From IMG/VR virus record IMGVR_UViG_3300022689_000178, positions 12,825 through 76,824 of that record: a DNA stretch of 64,000 nucleotides; one strand, written 5' to 3'. Source of the DNA: a virus. Shown piece by piece: positions 49,957-58,447 of the stretch (its first letter is position 1; every line of letters starts with the position of its first letter). Under the pieces are notes generated by a model that ran no database searches, was not told the DNA's origin, and was given only the letters and a program-made list of their open reading frames with translations. Both the position numbers and the translations under genes were made by a program.

Positions 49957-50871
49957 ATGTTAGCAAATGAGACAATAGAAACATTTAAGAAATTTATAAA
50001 TTTTGACATTGAAAGTTATTTTAATGACTTTATAAATTTCAATGAATCAGAATTAATAAAATTAGAATCTTTTTATTTAGGAAAAAGTGAAACAAAAGAT
50101 ACTAAGGCACAAACTGAATTAAATAGATTGTTGAAATTAGGTATTGAATTAGATACATTATGTCAACAAAAATTACATAACTTTGAAAGAGGTGATTATG
50201 TGAATTTAATGGAATATATTGATGAGGTTTTTTATACTTTAAAAAAAATAAATTTATTGTCAGTATTTTTACGCTCTGTATTAACTGAAAAAATGCAAAG
50301 TAGTACAATTGTTTCGGATAGATTTGTTCGGAATTATGAAACTCCGGAAAAAGTGGTTGAAAAAGAACAAAATGATTGGATGGATAGCTGGGTAGATATT
50401 TACATTAAAAATCGTAAATTAGAAACTGACTATAAAGTAAATGAAGGTTACTATATTCAATTAAATAAGTCAATATTTACAAACTTTAATCTAAATTCAG
50501 TCATTGATAATTTAATAGGTGAAAATTTATATGGTAAGGATATTCGTAAAAATATTGATATTGAAAATAATGATTTTATTACTTTAAATGGAAAGGAAAC
50601 ATTATTACAATCAGTTGAGATATTATCAAATTTAAAACGTGGGGATATTCCACAATATCCAAATATTGGTATTGATGAGACATTATTGAAAGGTAATTTT
50701 GAGATAAATTTTCCTTTAATTGTCCGGTCTAAACAAAAAGATTTTTCAATAGATGATACATTATTGGGATTTTCAATAACTGATATACAAAAACAAAATG
50801 GTCAATTAAAAATCACATTTGAAGTTCAATCATTTTATTCTACGATAGTTAACGAAGAAGTGGTTTTATAA
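49957..50871 (+). CDS. Baseplate wedge protein (gp25-like C-terminus)
   Basis: YGKDI....ND...L.G.E.L.Q.......RG.IP.YP.IG. Confidence 0.65.
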   Translation: MLANETIETFKKFINFDIESYFNDFINFNESELIKLESFYLGKSETKDTKAQTELNRLLKLGIELDTLCQQKLHNFERGDYVNLMEYIDEVFYTLKKINLLSVFLRSVLTEKMQSSTIVSDRFVRNYETPEKVVEKEQNDWMDSWVDIYIKNRKLETDYKVNEGYYIQLNKSIFTNFNLNSVIDNLIGENLYGKDIRKNIDIENNDFITLNGKETLLQSVEILSNLKRGDIPQYPNIGIDETLLKGNFEINFPLIVRSKQKDFSIDDTLLGFSITDIQKQNGQLKITFEVQSFYSTIVNEEVVL

Positions 50872-50998
50872 TTTGTCATAGTTTTATATTTTAATTAATA
50901 AAAGCTGTATTTATGTTACGGCTTTTTTTGTGATAAATAGCATATTATATTTTACATTTTCAATGTGCAATAAATGTTAAACTTAAATTGTACTAAAA

Positions 50999-51148
50999 AT
51001 GAGAACTACAACGATTTATTTTAATGATTGCACGACTATTAGTATGAGTGCTAATAGTAAATATAAAAGCAAAATATTGGATTTTCTATTGCGGTTATAT
51101 AAAGGGCGGGTAAAAAAAGTGGAAAATAATTGCAGTAATAAGAAATAA
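50999..51148 (+). CDS. Small hypothetical protein, 49 aa; not in ORF track
   Basis: Translated by hand; flanked by a degenerate early element and a terminator at 51159-51192. Confidence 0.45.
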   Translation: MRTTTIYFNDCTTISMSANSKYKSKILDFLLRLYKGRVKKVENNCSNKK

Positions 51149-51281
51149 TTATTTACATAAAAGGGAACAAAATTAATTTGTTCCCTTTTTTTATATTATT
51201 CTGTGCGAAATAAAAAATATTTATTTTATAAATTTAATATATTGCACATTAATTAAAATTTATAAAAAATAAAATAATAGT

Positions 51282-52916
51282 ATGAAAACAATAACAATTA
51301 ATGACCAGGAAAAAAGAATTGAAATAAAATTTCCTTTTGATTATTCTTTAGTAAATGCTGTGAAAAAAATTCCAAATAGAAAATTTTCCGGTAAAAATAA
51401 ATTGTGGCATATTCCATTGAATACCGATCTTAATCCAATAATCCGATTTGGTAAAGATCATGATTTTGATATACAACCTGAAATCATTGATACATTTATA
51501 AAAAAAGAAAAACAGCAAACAATAAATTTTGAAAATAGTAAACAAAAAGATACTACTTTTGAGGTGAAAGGATTAAAAATGAAACCATATCCTTACCAAA
51601 AAGCTGGTATTGCGTATGCGGTTCAAAATAAAAAAGTGATTATTGGGGATGAAATGGGACTAGGGAAAACTATTCAGGCTATTGGGACAATATATCATTT
51701 AAAAGAATATCCGGTAATGATTGTTTGCCCGGCTTCATTAAAATATAATTGGAAAAAAGAAGTAAAAAAATGGACAGATTTACATGCAACTATAATAGAA
51801 AGTAATGGTATTTTTTATCAAAAATCTGATATTTACATTATTAATTATGATATTGTAGATAAATTGAAAAAACGAATAGAAAAACTTAATATAAAAACAT
51901 GGATTTTTGATGAATCCCATTATTTGAAATCTAAAAAAGCAAAAAGAACAAAAGCATGTATGGAATTGAGTAAAAATTCTGAAACAATCCTTTGTTTAAG
52001 TGGAACAATGATAAAAAATCGACCATCAGAATTAATTTCAATACTTGAAATATTAGGAAAATTGAATGAATTTGGCGGGTATTGGCATTTTACAGAGAAG
52101 TATTGCGCTGCATATAAAACTCAATATGGAAGAGATATTAATGGCAGTCCTAGCCCTAATGTAATGAAACAATTACATGAAAAGTTAAGAAGAATTTGTT
52201 ATATTAGAAGGGAAAAGAAAAATGTATTAAAGGAATTACCGGACAAAACAATACAAGAAATATCTCTTGATATTGACAATATACAAGAATATAGGTTTGC
52301 GGAACAAAATTTAATTGAATATTTGCAAAAAAATAAACGAAAAATCAATGAAAATATAGAAATGGCACAACATTTAGTCCGCATATCGGAATTAAAAAAA
52401 CTTGCCGCAAAAGGAAAATTAAAATCTATTGTTAAAGATTTAAAAAATATTATTGATAATGATCAGAAAGTTGTAGTTTTTGTATATCATAAATTTGTTG
52501 CGGATTTGTTAGTAAAAGAATTTAATTGTAATAAAATAACCGGTGATGTAAAAGCAATAGATCGTCAAAAATATGTGGATGACTTTCAAGAAAATCTAAA
52601 TACTAAAATATTAGTATTAAATATTCAAGCTGGTGGAGTTGGAATTACATTAACGGCAAGTAATATTGTATGTTTTGTGGAACTTGGATGGACGCCAGCG
52701 GATCATGATCAAGCTATTGATAGATGTCATAGAATTGGTCAAAAAAACAATGTTTTGGCTAAATTTTATCTTGGTAAAAATACTATTGATGAAAAGATAA
52801 GTCAAATTATAAATGAAAAACGTAAAATTACTAATGCTTTAAATAAGGGAGAGGTTAGTGATATGGATAGCAATAAAAATATTGTAAAAGAAATATTAAA
52901 AGCATTTAATATATAA
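51282..52916 (+). CDS. SNF2-family helicase (SMARCAL1/HARP-like)
   Basis: GDEMGLGKT, DESH, LSGT..KNRP.EL, GGVGITLTA, QAIDRCHRIGQ; N-terminal F.YD..LV..VK.IP.R.F. Confidence 0.92.
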   Translation: MKTITINDQEKRIEIKFPFDYSLVNAVKKIPNRKFSGKNKLWHIPLNTDLNPIIRFGKDHDFDIQPEIIDTFIKKEKQQTINFENSKQKDTTFEVKGLKMKPYPYQKAGIAYAVQNKKVIIGDEMGLGKTIQAIGTIYHLKEYPVMIVCPASLKYNWKKEVKKWTDLHATIIESNGIFYQKSDIYIINYDIVDKLKKRIEKLNIKTWIFDESHYLKSKKAKRTKACMELSKNSETILCLSGTMIKNRPSELISILEILGKLNEFGGYWHFTEKYCAAYKTQYGRDINGSPSPNVMKQLHEKLRRICYIRREKKNVLKELPDKTIQEISLDIDNIQEYRFAEQNLIEYLQKNKRKINENIEMAQHLVRISELKKLAAKGKLKSIVKDLKNIIDNDQKVVVFVYHKFVADLLVKEFNCNKITGDVKAIDRQKYVDDFQENLNTKILVLNIQAGGVGITLTASNIVCFVELGWTPADHDQAIDRCHRIGQKNNVLAKFYLGKNTIDEKISQIINEKRKITNALNKGEVSDMDSNKNIVKEILKAFNI

Positions 52917-52948
52917 TTTGGAATAGATAAAATTATATGGTATTTTTG
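52917..52948 (+). promoter_or_regulatory. Bacteroidota-type housekeeping promoter TTTG-N20-TATTTTTG
   Basis: Matches the -33/-7 consensus. Confidence 0.6.
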
Positions 52949-52977
52949 TATAGATATTTAAGTTATAATTTATAATT

Positions 52978-53129
52978 GAAACGGAAACGTTTCGGACGTT
53001 AAGGTGTTGGGATTTGTGTTTTTGTGTAATTTTCACAAATAGCATTTAACCGCCGTTTAGACTTAAAGAGTAATAGATATATGCCGGAGTGATAGTAATC
53101 GCCAAATGATATATTTATTGCTCTTTTTT
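52978..53129 (+). ncRNA. Candidate structured small RNA
   Basis: ORF-less; nested stems AAACGG/CCGTTT, GTTAAGGTGTT/AGCATTTAAC, ATTTGTG/CACAAAT; then long hairpin AAAGAGTAATAGATATAT/ATATATTTATTGCTCTTT plus T run. Confidence 0.45.
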
Positions 53130-53130
53130 A

Positions 53131-53173
53131 TTTTGTGTTAAATAGATTTATTTATTTCACAAATTTATAATAT
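53131..53173 (+). promoter_or_regulatory. Repeated early-type promoter element, copy 3
   Basis: Identical 43 bp to 20897-20939. Confidence 0.7.
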
Positions 53174-53203
53174 GGTGAAATATATAATTTAAAGATTAAA
53201 ATT

Positions 53204-53755
53204 ATGAAAGAAAATATTTTTAAAATAATCGTTAGTAACGAATATAAAGAAGTTACTACGATAGAAGACAATGAAATTAATTTTTCTTGGGGCGGAAACT
53301 CTATGAGCCGCAGCTCAGCGGTTGAAAGAACAAAAAAAGTCTTTGTAGGTGCAAGGATTAGCTTGTACCGAATAGAGGACGTAAAAGCCTCAAATTATGG
53401 CGGGTACTGGTCAAATGGGCTGACAAACATCATTGCTGACTATAAGCAAATGATGAAATTTAGCGAACTCTACGGAGCATCGCTTCCAGACCACGTAACA
53501 GCACAAGCGGTATTTTCAGAAAAAGCCGAATTCAGTTTTGTGATAGAAACTGAAGAGGAGGAGGAGGTAGATGTATTCTATGCTCAATATGAAAAAAATG
53601 ATGGAGAATGGTTTTTCTCTGACGATGAAGAGGTGAGGCTGATACCTCATAAGAGATTTTTCAAATATGCTTTCAAAGATTGCATATTAGAGAAAGTGTC
53701 GGATGATGATTTTTCATTTTATTCAGAAATGTTCTCAGAAAATATAAAGCTATGA
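53204..53755 (+). CDS. Hypothetical acidic protein (moron-like)
   Basis: Own promoter element and terminator at 53769-53800. Confidence 0.65.
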   Translation: MKENIFKIIVSNEYKEVTTIEDNEINFSWGGNSMSRSSAVERTKKVFVGARISLYRIEDVKASNYGGYWSNGLTNIIADYKQMMKFSELYGASLPDHVTAQAVFSEKAEFSFVIETEEEEEVDVFYAQYEKNDGEWFFSDDEEVRLIPHKRFFKYAFKDCILEKVSDDDFSFYSEMFSENIKL

Positions 53756-53855
53756 AAATAAAACTTTTAAAAGCTCTCGAACCGTATTCGGGGGCTTTTT
53801 GTTAGTAGTATATCATCACTTATTTATTTATTAATTATCAAAAAAAAACAGAAGT

Positions 53856-54641
53856 ATGAAAAAAGTAAAAGTAATCACACACGCAGGCGTGTTTCACGCC
53901 GACGAAACTATTGCTATTGCAATCGCTAAAAATGTTTTCGGAGAAGTTGAAGTTGAACGAACGTTCAAACCAACAGCCGAACATTTAGAAAATCCCGAAA
54001 TTATAGTTTTGGATGTTGGTAGAAGTTATAATCCTGAAAAAAGAAACTTCGACCATCACCAAGATAGCAAACTTGGTGCAAGTAATTTGCTTGTTTTTTG
54101 GAATTTCGTAGATGTTATTTCTGAAAAATTCGGTATTTCAGAAAATGAAAAAGATGAGTTTAATTTACTTGTTACTGAAAAATTCCTTAACTATATATCT
54201 GATGTGGATTGTGGAAAAGTATTAGAGCAAAACACGCCTAATATTCCAACTATCAACAGTATTATCCGCTCGCTTAATAATATTGAAAACGGTTTTGATT
54301 TTGCGTTGCAGATTGTCGAAAGTGCTTTTACGGGAGCTTGCGAAGCTGCAAAGTTAGTTGTGAAAGGTCGAACTTTGTGGTATAGTTTTGAAAAACTTTC
54401 AGAAAAAGTTAAACTGCAAGAAACAAAAGACTTTATACCTAATTGGAAAGAACTTGCAAAAGAAGAAGGTATTTACCTTTTAGTTCAAGAAAATTTGAGA
54501 GGCGGTTGGCAAGTTGTAAGCCGATCTACTGATGAGTTGGTTTTACCCGAACACGAAAAGCAAACATTCCGACACAATTCAGGATTTATGTGTGTATTTG
54601 CCGAAAAAGAAGAAGCTATTGAATTTGCATTGTCCTTGTAA
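53856..54641 (+). CDS. MYG1-family (DHH-like) exonuclease
   Basis: THAGVFHADE, DVG..Y......FDHHQ, D.DCG, F.H.SGF. Confidence 0.88.
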   Translation: MKKVKVITHAGVFHADETIAIAIAKNVFGEVEVERTFKPTAEHLENPEIIVLDVGRSYNPEKRNFDHHQDSKLGASNLLVFWNFVDVISEKFGISENEKDEFNLLVTEKFLNYISDVDCGKVLEQNTPNIPTINSIIRSLNNIENGFDFALQIVESAFTGACEAAKLVVKGRTLWYSFEKLSEKVKLQETKDFIPNWKELAKEEGIYLLVQENLRGGWQVVSRSTDELVLPEHEKQTFRHNSGFMCVFAEKEEAIEFALSL

Positions 54642-54675
54642 TTTCTACTGCGTTAAGGATGTAGCTTGCTATTGC

Positions 54676-54803
54676 CCTTAACGTACAAGTATATGGCAAG
54701 GTGGGTTTAAAGTACTGACCTATCGAGCCACAATAAACTTAATTTAAAGCACTAAAGTAGCGATTTGGAACGATGCCCCACTTTGCTATATACATTGTTA
54801 GGC
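54676..54803 (+). repeat. attC-like site B1
   Basis: CCTTAAC .. GTATATGGCAAGGTGGG/CCCACTTTGCTATATAC .. GTTAGGC. Confidence 0.85.
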
Positions 54804-54822
54804 ATCTGTAAATTTTACGATT

Positions 54823-55050
54823 ATGGAAAACGTACTAAGATTTGAATACGAAAAAGGTGTACAGAAAGTGTATCCTGCAAATTGGATGGTAAAGAACTGG
54901 ATATTCAAAGAAGATGAAAAAGACGAAGCAACACTTGCACACGCAATGGCTATTGTCGCAGAAAAGAACGGTATGAGTAGTAATGACCTACAACACCTTT
55001 TTCCTGCTGTACTAAGGATGCTTAAAAGTGATATTGATTGGGCTAAGTAA
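54823..55050 (+). CDS. Cassette hypothetical protein
   Basis: Between B1 and B2; extended flank match TAAATTTTAC/GTAAAATTTA. Confidence 0.7.
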   Translation: MENVLRFEYEKGVQKVYPANWMVKNWIFKEDEKDEATLAHAMAIVAEKNGMSSNDLQHLFPAVLRMLKSDIDWAK

Positions 55051-55060
55051 AATTTATTGC

Positions 55061-55189
55061 CCTTAACGGCTTGTATATGATTTTGCAGGCATTATGAGAG
55101 CCGAAACTTTGATTATCTACATACTTGAAACGAGAAATAAAAATTGAATTATAAACATAACTGCCTATAAATTATATACTTTGTTATAT
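55061..55189 (+). repeat. attC-like site B2
   Basis: CCTTAAC .. GTATATGATTTTGCAGGCA/TGCCTATAAATTATATAC .. GTTATAT. Confidence 0.85.
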
Positions 55190-55223
55190 GCTTTTATAGT
55201 GCGGTGGCAAAAACATAGAAACG

Positions 55224-55511
55224 ATGAAATTAATAATATGCTTAGAGTGTATGGATGTATTTAACCTAACTAAAGAAACTAAAACTTGTAAATGTGGAGA
55301 AAGTAGCGGTAAATACATAGATAACTTAAATGCAGAGATAAAAGGAAACTGTAAAGGTATCGGATTTGCAAATAGTAAATTTCAAATTGCTTACCAAATA
55401 CAAAAAATGGAAGATGAAGCACAAAAAGAAAAACCAAGTTGTTGTGATGGAGTGGAATTTACGGCTTTCTTTATTCCTGAAACTGCTACGAGTATAAAGC
55501 GTGTAAGCTAA
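55224..55511 (+). CDS. Cassette Cys-rich (zinc-binding) protein
   Basis: CLEC.D...CKCG; flanks GTTATATGC/GCATATAAC. Confidence 0.7.
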   Translation: MKLIICLECMDVFNLTKETKTCKCGESSGKYIDNLNAEIKGNCKGIGFANSKFQIAYQIQKMEDEAQKEKPSCCDGVEFTAFFIPETATSIKRVS

Positions 55512-55515
55512 TTGC

Positions 55516-55580
55516 ATATAACGGCAATGTACTTAAATAGTTGTGAGGCACGAACAATTATTTTAAGTGTAATGTTAAGG
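55516..55580 (+). repeat. attC-like site B3
   Basis: ATATAAC .. ACTTAAATAGTTGT-GAGGCACGA-ACAATTATTTTAAGT .. GTTAAGG; near-identical to B11. Confidence 0.85.
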
Positions 55581-55642
55581 GCTTTTATTTATTAATTTAT
55601 CGTGCTGTTAATTAGTAATTTATTCACATAAAAAATATTAAG

Positions 55643-56569
55643 ATGAAAAACACAAGTGTGAAAAAAAGAAGTATTAAAAGTTTAATGGTTGCAAGAAATG
55701 CACTTGCAAAACTTTCAAAAGAAGAAGTTTCAGAATTAGAAAGTCAAATTTACATAGATAAAAAAATCAGATGCGTTGATGCTGTTCACATTGACCAGAG
55801 TGGAAACGTAAGTGAAAGTGAAAGTTCTACGTGGTTCATTCCTGAAAACTTAGATTTTGACATCGAAGTTGGAGACACACTTGTCGTTCAACAGGTTGCC
55901 GGAATCGGGCTTGCTTTCGTGAAAGTCATTTCAGAAATCTACGAAATGACAAAAGAAGAACATGAATACAATCTCCATCCTTATTGTCCTATAATCTCAA
56001 ATTTTGGGCAGCGTTTAAATAATACGTTCACAGACGAACGTGACGGAACTGTTTATAAAACCGTCAAAATTGGCAACCAGATATGGATGGCTGAAAATAT
56101 GAGATATAAAACAAATAAAGGGTGTTTGGCTTATGATAACAAACGAAGCAATGTTGAAAAATACGGTTATTTATATACATGGAAAGCAGCCAAAAAAGTT
56201 TGCCCCGCAGGTTGGCATTTGCCAAGCGATGAAGAATGGAAAACCCTTGAAATGCATCTTGGTATGAGCCAAGCTGATGATAATGGATACCGTGGAACAG
56301 ATGAAGGTTCTAAACTGAAAAGCACAAGTGGATGGTATGATAATGGCAACGGAACTAACAAAAGTGGTTTTAATGCTTTGCCTGGTGGTTTTTGCTACTA
56401 CTACGATGGCACGTTCGTCTACGCTGGCAAGCGCGGCTACTGGTGGACGAGTACTCGAAACGAAAGTAAAGACGTATACTACCGCTTTCTGGGCTATGAC
56501 GGCGGCGGAGCGACCCGCTACTATTGGCACCGCAAGAATTTGTTCAGTGTCCGCGCGATAAAAGATTGA
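55643..56569 (+). CDS. Fib_succ_major (FISUMP, CLec-fold) domain protein with DGR-type variable C-terminus
   Basis: FTDERDG.VYKTVKIGNQIWMAEN, YG.LYTW, CPAGWHLPS..EW, SGFNALPGG, G.WW.ST, FSVR.IKD; last ~180 nt are GC-rich and full of NNC codons. Confidence 0.88.
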   Translation: MKNTSVKKRSIKSLMVARNALAKLSKEEVSELESQIYIDKKIRCVDAVHIDQSGNVSESESSTWFIPENLDFDIEVGDTLVVQQVAGIGLAFVKVISEIYEMTKEEHEYNLHPYCPIISNFGQRLNNTFTDERDGTVYKTVKIGNQIWMAENMRYKTNKGCLAYDNKRSNVEKYGYLYTWKAAKKVCPAGWHLPSDEEWKTLEMHLGMSQADDNGYRGTDEGSKLKSTSGWYDNGNGTNKSGFNALPGGFCYYYDGTFVYAGKRGYWWTSTRNESKDVYYRFLGYDGGGATRYYWHRKNLFSVRAIKD

Positions 56570-56702
56570 ACGTTTTGATGTTGCCAACCAGAACGACAAG
56601 AACCTCATTTTGCGTGCTATCGTACTTGCAAAATTCAGACTACACAAAGCATTATAAAAGAATATTTTAATTATTAATCTAAAAAATTAAAAAACATAAA
56701 TT

Positions 56703-57044
56703 ATGGGAACTACTAAAAAAATAGGAAACTGGAAAATTAGAGAAACTAATTATGGTAATATTATAAAAATAAATGACATAAGAATAATGTCATTTGAAGA
56801 ATTTGGAGGCGATTATGAAAACACGCACTATTCCTTCGATGAGGAGAAGTGCAATAAACTTGGAGTAAAATGCAGGTTCGTACCTTCAGATGAAACTCCC
56901 TCGCAGGTAATAAAAACCCTTGAGAAAGAAGGGGCTACTGTGTTAGGTACTACAAAATTTGGTTACAGCACTTGTAACTTCCGTACTCCACAATGCGACA
57001 GAAACCCGTTAGACGTCGTTCTCTATATTCACAGATCGGAGTAG
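56703..57044 (+). CDS. Hypothetical protein
   Basis: ORF track. Confidence 0.6.
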   Translation: MGTTKKIGNWKIRETNYGNIIKINDIRIMSFEEFGGDYENTHYSFDEEKCNKLGVKCRFVPSDETPSQVIKTLEKEGATVLGTTKFGYSTCNFRTPQCDRNPLDVVLYIHRSE

Positions 57045-57107
57045 AACAATCGGAAATGGAGGAAATTTAGTCTTAATTTCGTTATGTGTAGCGGTGTATT
57101 TCGTTGC

Positions 57108-57187
57108 ACATAACGACTACGGCTTTGTGCAGTGAGCGTCAGGATTTTTTGAGCGGTGGGAAAATTGCACCAAAGCCGCTGTTATGG
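57108..57187 (+). repeat. attC-like site B4 (preceded by ORF-less mini-cassette 57081-57114)
   Basis: ACATAAC .. CGGCTTTGTGCAGT/ATTGCACCAAAGCCG .. GTTATGG. Confidence 0.85.
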
Positions 57188-57249
57188 TTTTTATTAATCA
57201 TTTCAGCGTATAATTTTCAAAATATTAATCTTAAAAAAACTTAGGAATT

Positions 57250-57573
57250 ATGTATAACTATTATAAATTTATTCCAGAAATTGTAAAAATAGTTAATGAT
57301 AACAAAAGTTTCTCATTAACAGACGACAATATAGAAAAAGTACTTTCCTCATTGTCGAATGCGGCGGATTTAGAAACAGAATACCCGGGTAACGTAGAAA
57401 TGTGGGCTGGTTTTTTGCTGTTAGGGTATAGATTAGGACAAATAAACAGTCTTAACGAAATTAGTAATAAAGTTCCTTTAATTAAGGAAAATATAATCAA
57501 AACAGGAATGAAGGATTTAGCTGTTTGTTTAAAAACCGAATTCCCTGATTTGAATGTAGAGTATTCAGATTAA
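57250..57573 (+). CDS. Cassette hypothetical protein
   Basis: Flanks GTTATGGTT/AACCATAAC. Confidence 0.7.
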   Translation: MYNYYKFIPEIVKIVNDNKSFSLTDDNIEKVLSSLSNAADLETEYPGNVEMWAGFLLLGYRLGQINSLNEISNKVPLIKENIIKTGMKDLAVCLKTEFPDLNVEYSD

Positions 57574-57642
57574 CCATAACGGCATAGTGTTTAGGGAGTT
57601 TTGCCTTTTTCAGGCAAAATTACCTTAAACACTGTGTTACCC
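57574..57642 (+). repeat. attC-like site B5
   Basis: CCATAAC .. CATAGTGTTTAGGGAGTTTTGCC/GGCAAAATTACCTTAAACACTGTG .. GTTACCC. Confidence 0.88.
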
Positions 57643-57793
57643 ACCTTTTTTTTATTTCATCTGATTATCAGTACAATAAAAAATAAATAAAAAATAATTA
57701 CAATAATTGCAATCATATACAATAATCATACTTATCTTTGCGTTATATTAATACAAACAAAGTTTAATTATTCATTTATAAAAACAAGAAATT

Positions 57794-58114
57794 ATGTTAC
57801 ATTTAGAAAAAGCAATCACCGCAAAAGAAATTAGAAATTCAAATCTAACTGAAAATTGTGTGTTATCACATGATTTTCAAAATGGAATGTATTTTCTTTG
57901 TATAAATTCAGTGAGAAAATATAGTTTCAAATGTTCTTCTGACGTTACTAAGTCAGTTAACAAGATAAAAAAAATGGGTTTTGGTTTTGGAACACATGAA
58001 AAACAATTAACAGATGAAGAAGAGGGATTAATCCAAGCAACAAAAAACGGTGAAAATCCTTTTGCCTATTCTATTATTTGTGCAAACCCAAAACTAAATA
58101 AAATCGTAAAATGA
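57794..58114 (+). CDS. Cassette hypothetical protein (gene 1 of a two-gene cassette with its own promoter)
   Basis: TATCTTTG at 57733-57740; ATGA overlap with next gene. Confidence 0.65.
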   Translation: MLHLEKAITAKEIRNSNLTENCVLSHDFQNGMYFLCINSVRKYSFKCSSDVTKSVNKIKKMGFGFGTHEKQLTDEEEGLIQATKNGENPFAYSIICANPKLNKIVK

Positions 58115-58344
58115 AAAACGAAAACATATTAAAAGCTCTCGACTGTTTGTCGGGGGCTGCCTTTGCAAAGGCTGTTTGGAATATTGATTGGGTTGAATTG
58201 TCAAAAACAGAAAAGAACAGCTATAATCAAATGATTTTCCACCGGAGAAAAACCGGAGCTTTCAAACTACACGAAATAAATAGTATTAAAAGTTACTTGC
58301 AATCTAAAATAACGGACTTTGATGTCGTTTTAAATTGTGGGTAA
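58111..58344 (+). CDS. Cassette small HTH-like protein (gene 2)
   Basis: LSGAAFAKAVW ... FKLHEI..I..YL pattern; stop lies in left core. Confidence 0.55.
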   Translation: MKNENILKALDCLSGAAFAKAVWNIDWVELSKTEKNSYNQMIFHRRKTGAFKLHEINSIKSYLQSKITDFDVVLNCG

Positions 58345-58392
58345 CGAAAATGTAATAAAAGCGTTTTAATGCTTTTTAATACAATGTTATGG
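58339..58392 (+). repeat. attC-like site B6
   Basis: GGGTAAC .. TGTAATAAAAGCGTT/AATGCTTTTTAATACA .. GTTATGG. Confidence 0.85.
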
Positions 58393-58447
58393 TTTTTAAT
58401 CATTTCATTGTGTTAATTATCAAAATATTAACATTAAATAATATATA

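Noticed and set aside
50873-50910. TTGTCATAG as a fifth middle promoter
   Set aside because: No TAnnTTTG element at the 19-nt spacing; the region leads into a terminator hairpin.
1671-52384. Many short minus-strand ORFs inside long plus-strand genes (e.g. 24981-25556, 26222-26785, 32399-32845, 47841-48254)
   Set aside because: Antisense shadows rich in F/I/L/S, without promoters or recognisable motifs.
56167-56647. Overlapping ORFs 56171-56647 (-), 56167-56361 (-) and 56328-56561 (+)
   Set aside because: Shadows of the GC-rich variable region of the FISUMP gene, where stop codons are scarce.
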